The notes: generated from the sequence alone by a model not told the origin. A stretch of 64,000 bases of DNA from Octopus sinensis (GCF_006345805.1 NC_042999.1:18910001-18974000), one strand, 5' to 3'. Counted from the first letter of the stretch, positions 13,111-27,249 are shown. Translations and numbers: made by a program.

Positions 13111-13589
13111 ATGGAGGATCTATACATACGTACATACATACATATATAACACTCAAATTAATTTCGGCAAAAAAATATCTGCTATAAATGTTTGCTAGGC
13201 GACTTATCAATAGGAATATATATAGTATCGTGAATATTAATAATTTATTGTTTTCCTGGATAGATTGAGGATCTATTCTGCCACTTGAAGTGTTAGTTTG
13301 AAATGTTTAAGTTTTATTATTAATTTCTGTAATGTTTTACCTTGGTTATCTAAGTTATTGTTACAAATATATATTATACCGATCGTGGCAAAAGAAACAA
13401 AAAATGTTAAAGATAGAAAGCGAGAGAGAGGGATAGAGAGAGAGGGGGGTGGAGAAACTGAAATTACAAATACGTACACATATGCGTTATAATACAGTGA
13501 AATAAAATGTACTTGATAACATATATTACTTGAAACCATAAAATTTATTGTTATAAATATGTTCATTCTGTCCCTTAAACCCAACACTG

Positions 13590-14016
13590 AGGCGCAATGT
13601 CACTCTTTCACCTCTGTTTCTCTTTTCTCTCTCGTTGCTCATACGTGACCATCATCCATATTTCTTTTCCTGCACGACTTTCTATCTTTCTCTTTTCAAA
13701 GAAATGTGATTCTTCAGATTACTAAAGCGTACTAAATCTATAACTACAAAATTAAAGCAACGTTGCACTTCTTGAAATCTAAGTAAGTCTTGAAAGGAAA
13801 TCTAGTCCCGTATTAATACTGCATTTTGACACAAATCAAACCAGTCAATATTATCACTTACAGTAAGTTACAATTCCAACAGCTGAAATTTACGTCCGCA
13901 TTCCTTGTTTTTTCTCTCGCTGTTTGCATATTTAGCTCATTTGTTTTCGTACTTCATGTTGTTTACTGTTGGTGACGTCCTGCACCCATATATGCATATG
14001 TATGTATGTATGTATG

Positions 14017-14047
<31 letters not shown>

Positions 14048-15790
14048 ATGCATATATATATATATACATATATATATTTATATATATATGTGGGGCTGTG
14101 TGGTAAGTAGCTTGCTAACCAACCACGTGGTTCCGGGTTCAGTCCCACTGCGTGGCATCTTGGGCAAGTGTCTTCTGCTATAGCCCCGGACCGACCAATG
14201 TCTTGTGAGTGGATTTGGTAGACGGAAACTGAAAGAAGCCTGTCGTATATATGTATATATATGTATGTATATGTATGTATGTGTATGTGTATGTGTGTCT
14301 GTGTTTGTACCCCTAGCATTGCTTGACAACCGATGCTGGTGTGTTTACGTCGCCGTTACTTCGCGGTTCCGCAAAAGAGACCGATAGAATAAGTACTGAG
14401 CTTTCAAAGAATAAGTCCCGGGGTCGATTTGATCGACTAACGGCGGTGAATGGCTGCAGTCAAATGACTGAAACATGTAAAAGAGTAAAAGAATATATAT
14501 ATATAATTAATATTATTAATTAATTGAACGCCGAGCATCCATTTCCAAGTTTATTTTAACCATTTTTATACGACTCTACCCTGTACAGTTCCTTCATCCT
14601 TCTCTAATTCCATTTTCTCCCCTTAACCGTTTTTCTATGTCCCTCTTTCACCTCTGTTTCTCTTTTCTCTCTCGTTGCTCACACATGACCGTCGTCCATA
14701 TTTCTTTTCCTGCACGACTTTCTAAGAACTGGACTTCTTCTGTTTGTCGCTTCTATCTTTCTCTTTTTAAAGAAAATATTTCTCCCAGCGTTCACTATTT
14801 TCGTCTCGTTCTGGTCTAACGACTCGCCGTCTTTGATTTTGTTTGGTTTTATTTATGTCTCCAATGTCCGGTTTTTATTCCCAACTTTGAGCCTCCATAA
14901 ATCAAAAATTTTCTTTCGAAGACTCATATTGTCGTTAAATGATCGAAATGAGGAGTAAATAGACATCCGACAACCAATGAAGGGTCATTCTCCGTGTTAC
15001 TTGTCCTGTTTTCTATCTTTTTTTCTCTCGTTGTTTGCGTATTTAAATCGTTTCTTTTCGTACTTCATGTTATTTACACAGTTGGTGACACCCTGTATAT
15101 ATATGTATATATATGCATATAGATATATATATATACATGTATATATATATATTATTTTTATTATCATAATTTGATTGAACGCCAAGAATCCATTTCCAAG
15201 TAAGATTATCTTAATATTTTTGATGCGACTCTCCTCTATACTCTTTTCTCCCCTTCACCAGTTGCTGCCCGCCTCACTCCCCCTCTTTCTCTCTCTCTCT
15301 CTCTCTCTCGTTGCTCACAAGTGACCATCGTCCATCTTTCTTTTCCTCACGTGATCACTTTGCTTGTCCTACAGAACTGTCTGTAGGAATGGACGCATTC
15401 TATCTCTCTCTCTCTTCTATTTTTTCTCTCTTCAAAGAAAATATTTCTCAAGCGTTTGCTATTTTACCTACGTTCTGATCTACCGAGCCTCCAAGTCTGT
15501 TTTGCTTTCGTTTTTTTGTATGTCTCCACTGTTCTATTTTGTTTCCAACTTTTGAACATCCATAAACCCAAAATTTTTATTTCGTACTTATTGGAGGAAC
15601 TGTCTTCAAAACCTCATATTATAGTTCAGTGCACGAAATGAGGAGTAGATAGACAGTCGACAACTGATGAAGGGTCGTTCTTTGTGTTATTCGTCATGTT
15701 TTTCATTTGTTTCTCCCGTTGTCTGCATATTGAACTCATTTATTTTCGTATTTCATGTTGTTTACTGTTGGTTCCGTACCCATATATGCT
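13590..15790. mobile_element. Tandem ~650-bp repeat family, Penelope-like terminal-repeat relic (partial copy 13590-13990; copies 14521-15095 and 15171-15790)
   Basis: Shared blocks TTGAACGCC..ATCCATTTCCAAGT, CTCTCTCGTTGCTCAC..GACC.TCGTCCAT and GAAATGAGGAGTA.ATAGACA..CGACAAC..ATGAAGGGTC, each ending at a (TA)n tract. Interrupted by a SINE A. The PLE assignment is inference from the CTGATGAAGGG motif and pyrimidine-rich tail. Confidence 0.6.
14091..14493 (+). mobile_element. SINE family A
   Basis: Near full-length match to 6993-7415. Confidence 0.9.
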
Positions 15791-15802
15791 TCTGTATATA
15801 TT

Positions 15803-15843
<41 letters not shown>

Positions 15844-15975
15844 GTGTGTGTGTGTGTTTGTTTGTATGTGCGTGTATGCATATATATATATTATATATAT
15901 ATATATAATATATATATATATTATATATATTATGTATATCATTATTTAATTGAAGACCACGCATCTATATCCAAG

Positions 15976-16008
<33 letters not shown>

Positions 16009-16066
16009 TATATATATATTATGTATATCATTATTTAATTGAAGACCACGCATCTATTTCCAAGTC

Positions 16067-16099
<33 letters not shown>

Positions 16100-16113
16100 G
16101 TATATGTGTGTGC

Positions 16114-16363
16114 GGAGACGCGTGGCTTAGTGTTTATGCTGTCAGCATCATGATCGTAAGATTGTGGTTTCGATTCCTAGACCGGGCGACACGTTGTGTT
16201 CTTGAGCAAAACACTTCATTTCACGTTGCTCCAGTCCACTCAGTTGGCAAAAAGGAATAACGCTGCGATAGACTGGCGTCCCATCCAGCTGGGGTACACA
16301 TACGCTATTGAAACTGGGGAAACCGGTCCCATGCCCCTGGTTAGGCTTTAAAAGGGCGCATTT
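16114..16363 (+). mobile_element. tRNA-derived SINE, family D head + CORE-like domain + alternative tail
   Basis: GGAGACGCGTGGCTTAGTG head; GTGTTCTTGAGCAAAACACTTCATTTCACGTTGCTCCAGTCCACTCAG resembles the CORE domain; tail GCTGCGATAGACTGGCGTCCCATCCAG shared with 27517-27820 and 62433-62709. Confidence 0.8.
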
Positions 16364-17000
16364 ACATATTTATTATATATCCAAGTTTCACAAGAAATTT
16401 CTATTAGGAAGTTGTGCAGAATTATTTACTAATCTTATATAGGGAACTATAAATCTGATAGGATAGATTTTGTCTCGAATTACCAGAGATTCGTAGCCTG
16501 TAGGTAGGATTTTGCTTTTCATATACCAACAATACAATGTAGTTATAATTTTGTCGGATCGTATCTTTCATGGTCCTAATAACTCCTGTGTGTATGCTTG
16601 TAACCTCTTCTAGATATTTTGTTCTCTGTATTTATAGATTCCCCCAAACTTAATAAAGCATTCCACAAGAATTCTATTCTGCTTTCTTCCTCTTCAGACT
16701 AAGGCTACTTCTCCTCCTTAACGATTGTAACGAGTTCCTCATAAAATATTCTGATGATAGACCCCATTGGAGATTCAAGCAGATGCATTACCATATTTGG
16801 ATCTTACTGTTACCTAGTTTCAAGTGATATTCACCATAGATCATATGGACAAATTTTAGTTTACGTTCATCAGCTTGCAAACCTTGTCATAAAGTAGAAA
16901 CTGCTTCCAGTTGTTACAAAGATCAGCACAGTGTATTGAAAAGTGGGGGAAATGATGATGAGGAAAAGAGGAAACGACGTACAGATAAGTGTACGGCGGA

Positions 17001-17408
17001 TACTCTTGTACTTGTTTCAGTCATTTGACTGCTGCCATGCTGGAGCACCGCCTTTAGTCGAGCAAATTAACCGCAGGACTTGGTCTTTGTAAGCCTAGTA
17101 CTTATTCTATTAGTCTTTGTATGCCTAGTACTTATCTATCGGTCTCTTTCGCCGAATCGCTATGTTACGGGCACGAACATACACCAGCATAGGTTGTCAA
17201 GCTATGTTGGCGAGACAAGGACAGACACACAAACACATACACACACATACATATATATATAAATATACATATATACGACGGGCTTCTATCAGTTTCCGTC
17301 TACCAAATCCACTCACAAGGCTTTGGTCAGCCCGAGGATATAGTAGAAGACGTTTGCACAAGGTGCCACGCAGTGGGAATGAACCCGGAACCATGTGGTT
17401 TGTAAGCA
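17001..17408 (-). mobile_element. SINE family A, 5'-truncated
   Basis: Reverse-complement match to family A body and tail. Confidence 0.88.
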
Positions 17409-18972
17409 GGTTGAGAAAATATAGAAAAAGAAGGATGAAAGTGAAAAGAATGGAGGAAAATAGCTTGGATTGAATTATAGATGTGTTTGGTTAAGTCAAG
17501 AGAAATGTAGAGTAAAAGAAGAGTTAAACCGCGCGTGGTGAAACTTGGATATCGAATGCTGGAACATGAATGTAGATGTTTCACAAAGCTATTTCGGAGG
17601 TGCTTACGCATTTTCACAGTTTGAGAGGTGATACAACCGAGGCATGAATATACGCTGGTTGCTTTTTGTAACTGGAAAAATTCAATTAAACACATTTAAG
17701 TTGAATTGTTATGTTTAACTTACCCACCTGTAAAAATCAATATGTTCTTTCCGTATTGAAGAATACAGATTGTGACAAATTTTAACTTGATAATCTTTTC
17801 ATGATGGTTGTTTAAAATCTTTGCTGCTGTATTGTTCGCATCTGAAGCATCTGTGTTCTAAAATGTCTCACATAGTCTGGGAACTTGACAATGTTGATAT
17901 GAAAATTAGATGTGCTCGTACATTAAATTCGCTTACCATTGTCCATTGCATTAATATAGAGGAAACTGAGGCATCTCGAACATACTTGATACAAGTATAT
18001 CATTTTCATTTAATTAAATAAGATAATTAAGGGGAATGAATTAATCAATTGGGAGCAGCATTTCTGACGGCTATATTGATATGATAGTGAGATACGAAGA
18101 AAAATAAATATATCAAATAACACCTTTGTAAATATATTAAATATCAACATCTGAGTTTTGAAAAAAATATAACACGTACTAGACAGAATTGTACTCCGAC
18201 GTAGCAACACAGAACAGTGTTTATGAATTTTTAACTTATAGATATTTTGTCGCTAGTTGCCATAAAATTAATAATAAACTTCTTTCACATTATATGAAAG
18301 AATACAAATTAGAGCGATAAAGAATATAAAAGACTCATGTTCACTATGCAGCTAGCTTTATATCCTTTACTATTTTCAGAATATTTCTCCATCTTTATTT
18401 TATAACTAAAGCAAATATTAGCTAATTGAGAATTCACGTGGAAACTATCAGATTAGTTCTGAGATGAAACAACTGGAATAATTCATGAAACTATTAAGAC
18501 CGCTTCCATAAAAAAATATGAATGAATTTAATTTCTTTCTGAATAGTTAATAATTGTTTACATACATATACGAAATAAATACAATGCTATGCTTCAAGTT
18601 ATTTTATTTCTTATAAAGCATTTTTTTTCGCCATTAATAATTTATTTCATTCATGCCCATTTCTCTGCTGATTAATAGTATTCTTAGGCAAAATTGACTG
18701 TGACGTCAGGAATATGTCTGGCGCCTATGTTGAAATACTACAGAGAATAGCATACTTCATAGTTATATAACAGGAACAATGTACCAGATGCTAAGTCCAC
18801 GTAGATATCAATACACGTCGGATTTTGGGAATTTAATCATTGTTTAGCCAGACTATTCATATTCAGGTGTAAGCACAGCCCATTCTTTTCTGGAAATAAA
18901 GTATCTATCTGAGAGTATGATACAAACAGAGAGACAGGAATCGACTTCATCACTTGAATCGCACTGTATCTA

Positions 18973-19022
<50 letters not shown>

Positions 19023-19257
19023 AGTAGAAAAATGAAATATCTTTTTATGGATAATTCGTTTAACCGATACCTGGGTGGCAAATTCACATCAGAAATAACA
19101 CGGTTGAAGTTACGTGCCTAGCGCAGAGACTACGTGTTTTCGTGGGGAAATTTGTGTGTATTTTTATAAAACTTATGAAGAAATGAAAGAATGGAGTTGA
19201 ACGACAAATTAACAAATAAAGGAAATTTATTAATTTGTCGTTCAACTCCATTCTTTC

Positions 19258-19298
<41 letters not shown>

Positions 19299-19303
19299 AC
19301 TTA

Positions 19304-19493
19304 TAAATAAGGGCAAACGAAAACATTCTAATGCCAACTATGCCGAAAATTGGATATATTGTCCATTTACCATATAAATTTTTTCCCAGTACGCACGCTA
19401 CTCGAAAACTGGTCGACAGAAATCTCTACAAAATTTATTACCATATCGGTCCGATATGGTAATAATGGAATTTTTTAGAGATTTCTGTCGACC
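19304..19493. mobile_element. Diverged relative of the 4334-4547 MITE ending in an ~83-bp hairpin
   Basis: ATAAGGGCAAACGAAAACATTCTAATGCCAACTATGCCGAAA matches the MITE TIR; GACAGAAATCTCTA..TTATTACCATATCGG matches its interior and is inverted at 19451-19493. Confidence 0.6.
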
Positions 19494-19729
19494 TTTTCTG
19501 TGACTCCTCTTGCTCATCTGGATATCAGAAATAAAGCCGTTCGGATTCTGTAGAGCATATTGCCCGCCCCTAAAATTTATCTGTGTTTTCTTTCACTCTA
19601 CTAACTGAAGGATACATTCGATACAGCGGTCCGCGGTATCAGAAAACGGAAACGATATGTTAGACTATATCATTATAAATCGATTCTCAGGCTTTGTTTC
19701 TTTATTATTTTCTACTTTAAGCAAAAGGC

Positions 19730-19862
19730 CCGAAACTTTGCTTAGTCAATTATATAGACCCCAGTGCAAAACTGGTACTTAATTTATCGACCCCGAAAGG
19801 CTGAAAGGCAAATTCGACCCCGTTGGAATTTGAACTCATAATATAACGGCAGACGAAATACA
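19730..19862 (-). mobile_element. SINE family B fragment
   Basis: Reverse complement of the central domain. Confidence 0.75.
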
Positions 19863-20454
19863 AAACTCAATATCCGCTAAATAATAATTTTTTTCGCATT
19901 ATTTTCGGCGAAAACCATGCTCATTACCGCCTTCATAATCCCGAAACACGTGAGAACCGGTGGTCCAGCCGTCTGACCCTGAAGCTGGAACAGAGAGAGA
20001 GAGACAGACAGACGGACATAACGCCCATTATAGTAAAATTATATTGCATACAACTCCAGTTCCACTAATGCTAATAGGTGATCATGTTTCTATATTAATA
20101 TTCAACAACTGATGACTATTGAATTTTTGAAATTTCATTCAAATCAATTCACAAACCAGTATATATATACATTATATCATATTATATTATATACTATATT
20201 AAGTATGTATGTATGTATTTTTGTATACAGGTATTTATATGCGCCTATTGATAGTTATAAAGTTTTCACAATGAAAGGTGATTACCAACCGCATGGGAAG
20301 CCTTAAGATATGTATATATGTGTAGCGAACGAGTGGTTAATGTATTATACGCTGCAATGGCATTAACAGTAAGAGCCACACTTAACAAAATCTGAAGTAA
20401 CTATTCGCTTTGCATTGCCAATATATTTCTATGTATATAAATCTATTAGTCTGC

Positions 20455-20494
<40 letters not shown>

Positions 20495-22799
20495 ATTTGT
20501 ATGTGTGTATTTGTATGTGTATATACGGTTGTAAACAAGTATATATGGTGGTGTGTGTTTTTGTCTCTGTGTGAGAATGTGTAGTGAAGTATATATTAAT
20601 CAATACTATCCTTTCAATGCTAGCTTTGTATTTACAACGATATTTTTACTTATTTGTCGCTGTTTGTTTTTGTTGTTTAATATTTATATCACTATTCTTA
20701 TTATCATTTTGTTAACATTGTTATCACGGGAATATTTTTAAATATATAATTTTTTTATATTTATGTTTTTTTTTGTTTTTTGTTTTCAGAAATGATTATT
20801 AGAAGAAACTATCCAGAGGCTAATTCCTTTTGTTTGGTCTAAGTGTAATTGTGAATTGAAATTGAAAACTAAAGATGAGAAGACAAATAAGAAGAGGACT
20901 TTAGAAAAGTTACTGTAAGAACGTAAGTCAAGTAGAATCTTTAAAGATAAAATTATAAAGGAGTAAAGAACTTCAAATTATTATTTTGCTTCTTTATCTG
21001 CTCTCATTTGTATTTATATTTATTTTTTTTTCTTTTTATCCGTTTTCATTTAATTTCTTTCTACTTCTTTGCTTTTTACAATTTGCATCGTATGTATTTT
21101 TTTTTTCTCTTTAAAAAAATGTCCTGCTCTATAGTTTTCTTCTGCTTCTCCGTTAATAACAATCAATAAATTTCAAAATATTAGAAATATTTTATAATTT
21201 TCAAAGGGTTTTAAACGCAATAGTCATATCAATTAGTTTTAATTAAAGTATCCGCAGTCTTGTATAACAAACACTTTACGCTTTTCTTTTATCTATGTAA
21301 ATAATGTGCGCGAACAAAAGAAATATTATTAGTGACCTGAGTTCGCGACACGTTTATATTTCCCGTTGCTGCCGTTTAATAAATCCGATGCTGCTCTTGA
21401 TAATGGTATACTTCTTTCAAATTCTATTCATTACCATACTTAAAAGCTTCTTACACAATACGTCTCCGATGAATGTTACGTTAAACCACTCTAAAGAATA
21501 ATTCCTAGTACAATAAGTACGATAATAGGGTTATCTTGAAACAAATGGCCTATTTAATGCGACAGTAAACAAGTGACATATTTTAATTTTGCTGTTCATT
21601 ATAATTGAGCGTCACCAGGCGAATCAAACCTTCTGTTTGTTCTAAAAAGTAACTAGAAAACGAGACAATGGCACTCTTTCAAAAACTGGAAGTGAGTAGG
21701 AACGATAATATCCGAGACATTATTTCATTAGTAAGACAGCTGTATCACTATTACAATACGTGTTTCTCAATTTTGTAATTAGAGATAATAGCTAAAATGC
21801 ATCTAAACTGACAGTAATCATGGAACACAACGTATTGATGATGGACTCAACAAAAATACAATCGATTAGTGATGTAGCTGTGCGAAAGGGAAAAGATACA
21901 GTGTTGTATAATTTGAAATAAGAGTTAAAATGATAAGCTGAGTTGCTTTCTAGTAATATTTTCTAAGCATCCAACAGTATAACTCAATTACTTCACCTGT
22001 TTTTCATTCCATTTATATGGATAAATAAATTCCTTCTTGCTCGGAGTATCGTTTCATATGAGAATTGATATGTGTTCAGTCGCCATATTTCGTATCAAAT
22101 ATCTACATATTGTCTCTCTTTCCCGCATAAATATAATGTATTTTCGTAATTATACACTAATAAAACATTTTTTTCTGAAATATTTTGACAACGATTCACT
22201 GCTATTTTGACTTAATATTTAAGGCTGAATCAATCGCTTTATCTCATAATGGAATCAGATACTTTTTTTTCTGTTAGATTATCTCCTGGTATACATTAGT
22301 ATATTCATATTTTCATTCTCATGGATGCATTTCAAATTTTATTTTGTGTCAGCATACATATTTTCTGTCGCACGTCACTGGCCAAAAATGAAGGCAAGAC
22401 AAGAAGAATAATTTCTTTCGAACCTATACACATTAACAGTTCACTGCCGTTTTCTGAATGATTATTTTGCGATGAGTTTGGTTTGAGTTGCAATTAAATT
22501 ACTTCCACACCAACAAATGTTATGCATTGCTCAACACTTTTCTGTCTTCGTCCAGTTTTTCTAAGTATTCACTACATATTGTCACTTCATGTCAACGTCT
22601 CAGTGTGATATTGTGTAATACCATCTTTAAGTCTGTTATCTCCGTTTCTCAATAGCAACACTTTTGTTTTTATTTCTCCTTACAGTTGTCTGTTAATCTA
22701 AGCTCTGTGTCGTAATTGTTGGTCTGTCTCAAGAAAAAAGAGACAACATCTCTTTGTTAATGTTTCCCGGTATTTATATTAACTTCTCATTATTTTCTT

Positions 22800-23400
22800 C
22801 TAGCATTTTATTTTGTTTGTTACTCTGCTTCAGATAATCAATATTAATTTTCCCATTTGAAAAGATCCCCCCACACTCATGTATGTATTCTTGTTATCTT
22901 TAGTATTTTCTCTGTTGGAGTTGGTCGTTATATTCTCAATACATTATTATTTCGTTTGATTCCTTGCATACACCCTCAGCCGAACGACTTATAACTATAA
23001 CTCATTACTGGAAAGCTAGAAGATTGATACCTATTATCTTATTAATGGCTTTTAGGATAGTTTATGTATTGATTCAATACCTCAATAATCTGCCTTAAAC
23101 CTTTTTCTGTCAATATGTGTGTGAATGCTGCACACTATCTACTTCCTTAATTCTTATCTATTACTAAGTCTAGCTGTAGTGTAATTATTTTTTCTGTATT
23201 GATTTATCTAGCATGGTATTAATATGAATTTTCTAAACTCGTCTCACTTTAAAATTACCTTCGCACATCTTTGGTATATGAATGTCATTCGCTAGAAAGA
23301 ATGAATAAGCTGTAGCAATATCATCCTTACTTAATGCCGTGTAGCCTACGCCTTCATGCCATCCATTTCTTTCTGGCTTCGTATGAGTAGTAAAGCTGTT
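22800..23400 (-). pseudogene. Possible decayed LINE AP-endonuclease remnant (tentative)
   Basis: Minus-strand pieces GVGY, VYAR (VYAP-like), YNDQLQ and GDL (GDFN-like) in the expected order, with many stops. Confidence 0.25.
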
Positions 23401-23785
23401 AAATCTATGTAGAGAAATTAATTTCGTCGCTTTAATCCGACTGGAAGATGATGAATTTGTCTTCCTAAGATCCTTTGGTATCTTTGTCTGAATAACAATC
23501 TGCGATTTATTCACGGTGTATTTAACGTCTGTTTATTATCATTATCTTGTGCATGGTGAATGCATTAAGAACAAAAATGCGAGATACTAGAAAAGATAAG
23601 CCCCTCTTTCTTTTATTGACAATGTATTTCACGATAAAAAATAAATCTTTAGATCATATAAGATTTCGGAAGTTTGCAAACATTTCTTGTAGTCAGAGAT
23701 TTTTACAGTAATTATAAAATATTACATTTATGTCTGCTTTCCATGTGTTTGTAGGGAGCTTGTTAGTCTGATACGTTTTGTTGTT

Positions 23786-24086
23786 TCTCTACTATAGCCT
23801 GAGGCCAACCAAAGCCTTGTGAGTATATCTGGTAGAAGGAAACTGAAAGAAACCCGTCGTATATATGTATATAAATATATGTATGTGTGTATATATTTGT
23901 GTGTCTGTGTTTGTCCCCCACCAACATCGCTTGACAACTGATGCGGGTGTGTTTACGTCCCTAGCGGTTCAGCCAAATAGACTGATAGAATATGTACTAG
24001 GCTTACAAAGAATAAGTCCTGGGGTCAATATACTCCAGCGGTGCTCCAGCATGACCACAGTCAAATGTCTGAAACAAGTAAAACAG

Positions 24087-24088
<2 letters not shown>
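23786..24088 (+). mobile_element. SINE family A, 5'-truncated
   Basis: Match to family A from CTACTATAGCC to GAAACAAGTAAAA. Confidence 0.85.
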
Positions 24089-24127
<39 letters not shown>

Positions 24128-24151
24128 ATATAAATGTATGTATATATATAT

Positions 24152-24183
<32 letters not shown>

Positions 24184-24899
24184 GTATATGTATATATATA
24201 AATATATATATTTGTATATATATATATGTATGTATGCCTTAATGAATAATACACTTTTCTACCATCCTCTCATTTGCTGTATCTTGATTTTCAACAGTTT
24301 ATCATATGATTTTGTGATCATTTGTGCTTTCTTTTTCAAGTGTAACTGAATACATTGAATGAAGCATCGCGTTTAGTTTTCCCGTGAGTTTTGCATTTTC
24401 GGAACGTTTGGTTAACCATGTGTGTTGAAATACTGTCCCAAATTTGAGCAGACGATGCACGTTTTAAACATTTTCGTTCCGGCCAATCAATTCGATGTGA
24501 TTACCCGAACTCCAAATTATTCCACCTCCATAACGGACAGTGTTGCATTGATTTCTATTTTCTGTTCAACAAGTTCGCGACAAAAATCGATTCGTGTTGG
24601 AGACTAACAGTATGTTTCTTTCAAAGAATCGATATAGATTTCCAAACACCGACCCTTTGGTATTTAATAAGAATCTTTGTTTCAGATGCTCTTTTTTGTG
24701 TTATATTTCAAGAATCTCTTTCTTCATTTTTTCTGTTGTTCATTCGTCTATTAAGTATATAGATATGTATTTTTTTATTCTTCGATATCACTATATTTTG
24801 TTTTCCTATTTTTTGTATACTTTCCTATTCATAATCTTATATCGGCAGTTCTGAGCTGGGACTCACTTTTCCAGATAATAATTTTTGATTGTTCTATAA

Positions 24900-25360
24900 A
24901 ATATTTCGGTTACCTCTTGAATATTGATAAATATACCTCATCCTTAATAAGTTTTCGATGACCTACATTTTATAATGCAGTGGATAATTTATCATGACTT
25001 TCGGTCTTTAGAAATTCCTCAGGTTTCCCAAACAAATGCCATCAATCAACTTCAATTTAAACAATATACTCCATAAATAGTATTGTCTGTTTTGAAATTG
25101 CCGCAGTTTACAAATTCAAACTTACCTATCATATGTTCTATTTTATTTCAAATTTTCTGTTATTTTGGTTCGACATTTATCAATCCGTATTCAATAGTTA
25201 GGCTACAGTATTTTTTTGGTATTTCTTTACCGTATTGCTTTCTCTTCCATGCGGCAATGTCGATCTTACTTTTTTTCCCCCTGCTTTTAACTTCATTGGA
25301 TTTATTATAATTGAATATTATTCACTTCGTAAAGAGTTCATAGCTTCTACTCTTAATATC
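24900..25360 (-). pseudogene. Possible decayed LINE RT N-terminal remnant (tentative)
   Basis: Minus-strand pieces EAMNSL, LKAGG and NCGNF resemble the start of non-LTR RT domains; multiple stops and frameshifts. Confidence 0.28.
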
Positions 25361-25522
25361 CGTTCTGTACTGCGAATTTCTCATGGGATCATATTTCAGA
25401 ATTTAAGATATTCTGCTTATATTACCTTATAAATCAGAATCGAATTCTACACTAGATGAGTGCTTTTTTTCCTGGAAACCGTCCGTATATATGGTTTTAG
25501 TCTCATATTTTTCTGATGAGGT

Positions 25523-25894
25523 ATTAGCACGCCGGGCGAAATGCTTAGCGGTTCTGAGTTCAAATTCCGCCGAGGTCGACTTTGCCTTTCATCCTTTCGA
25601 GGCCAATAAATGAAGCACCAGTTACGCACTGGGGTCGATATAATCGACTTAATCCCTTTGTCCATGTTTGTCTCCTCTGTGTTTAGCCCCTTGTGGGTAG
25701 TAAAGAAATAGGTATTTCGTCTGCCGCTACGTTCTGAGTTCAAATTCCGGGGAGATCGACTTTGCCTTTCATCCTTTCGGGGTAGAAAAATTAAGTACCA
25801 GTTACGCACTGGAGTCGATGTAATCGACTTAGTCCGTTTGTCTATCCTGGTTTATCCCCTCTATTTTTAGTCTCTTGTGGGTAGTAAAGAAATA
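25523..25894 (+). mobile_element. SINE family B, dimeric body
   Basis: Two tandem bodies joined at GTAGTAAAGAAATA|GGTATTTCGTCTG, the same junction as in 2451-3021. Confidence 0.88.
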
Positions 25895-26252
25895 TATAAA
25901 CTTTCATAGTCTTGTTCAGTAGATTTTGATTGATCTGAATCAGTTTAGGTGGGAGAGATGAATTGGGGAGTAGATTATTTTAATGAGTTTATCCCTACTG
26001 GCTAATCGAAGATTAATGTGAAAGTGGCAATGTCTTACAAAATCTGGCATACATTAACATTTCAATAATTTAAGAATGCATAGCATAAGAATACGTAAGC
26101 CTGTTCGATACATTTTTTGTTGAAATCTAATACGTATTGAATGCTGTTTCTCACACAATATTTTCCGTAAAGAGTTTTGTAAACACCTTGGCTGTTGTTG
26201 CTTTTGTTGCATTTTGATATTTTTCGTTAATAAATACACTAATAATCTAACG

Positions 26253-26636
26253 TGGAGGCGCAATGGTCCAGTGGTTTGGGCAGCGGACTCGCGGTCGTAG
26301 GATCGCGGTTTCGGTCCCCAGACCGGGCGTTGTGAATGTTTATTGAGCGAAAACACCTAAAGCTCCACGAGGCTCCGGCAGGGATGGTGGTGATCCCTGC
26401 TGTACTCTTTCACCACAACTTTCTCTCACTCTTACTTCCTGTTTCTGTTGTACCTGTATTTCAAAGGGCCGGCCTTGTCACTCTCTGTGTCACGCTGAAT
26501 ATCCCCGAAAACTACGTTAAGGGTACACGTGTCAGTGGAATGCTCAGCCACTTACACGTTAATTGAACGAGCAGGCTGTACCGTTGATTGGATCAACCGG
26601 AACCCTCGTCGTCGTAACCGACGGAGTACTTCCACC
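26253..26636 (+). mobile_element. tRNA-derived SINE family C, full length, 12-bp TSD
   Basis: GGAGGCGCAATGGTCCAGTGG..GGCAGCGGACTCGCGG head; TSD AATAATCTAACG at 26241-26252 and 26637-26648. May be octopus OR-type (recall, unverified). Confidence 0.9.
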
Positions 26637-27249
26637 AATAATCTAACGCTCTAATATAAAATTTCATCCTACAACAAGAGGCAACGCGAATAAAAGCAAT
26701 CGAACGCGAGATTCTGTATTTAGTATACCAACCAGGAAGAAAATATATAGCCATCATTACATTTCAAATCACATCTTACAATTTCGGAAATGTTGAAGCG
26801 TGTAGAATGCAGTGCATTGTCTGGAAATACTTTTCACAAGTTTGATCGTTCAGGGTTAGCCCATTATTGAAGAATAAAAATATCGTAAGGCGTATCCATA
26901 CTGATATTTAATATATCGATTAATGTATAAACGTAAAGCGAATCTTTCTACAGTTGTTCCATTAAACAGAATTGCCACTCAGTTTATGAGGCCTTTGGTT
27001 TTTACGTTTCCAGTTTATAACGACTTGCTTTATGTATTTTTGATTTATCGTATTGCATTTAGAAATACAACTTACGTATTTTGCAGTTTCGAGCCTTGCC
27101 TTTTTACTGTCGTTTACAATATATAATGTACGTTACACCTACAGGTAGGACATAATCAAATGGAACTATTAGTGAATGTTCATATAGTGTGTTCACTAAA
27201 TAATATATACATACACACACACACATATATATATATACATACATATAAT

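Noticed and set aside
15655-15700. CTGATGAAGGG as a hammerhead core (also CTGAAGAAGGG near 57898)
   Set aside because: No pairing stem II or GAAA arm found downstream; not called as a ribozyme.
16690-16910. Possible RTE C-terminal remnant (IFYEEL-like) on the minus strand
   Set aside because: Only one short motif; insufficient support.
20790-20921. Strong splice acceptor and downstream GTAAGT donor
   Set aside because: All three frames contain stops; a non-coding exon cannot be supported without RNA data.
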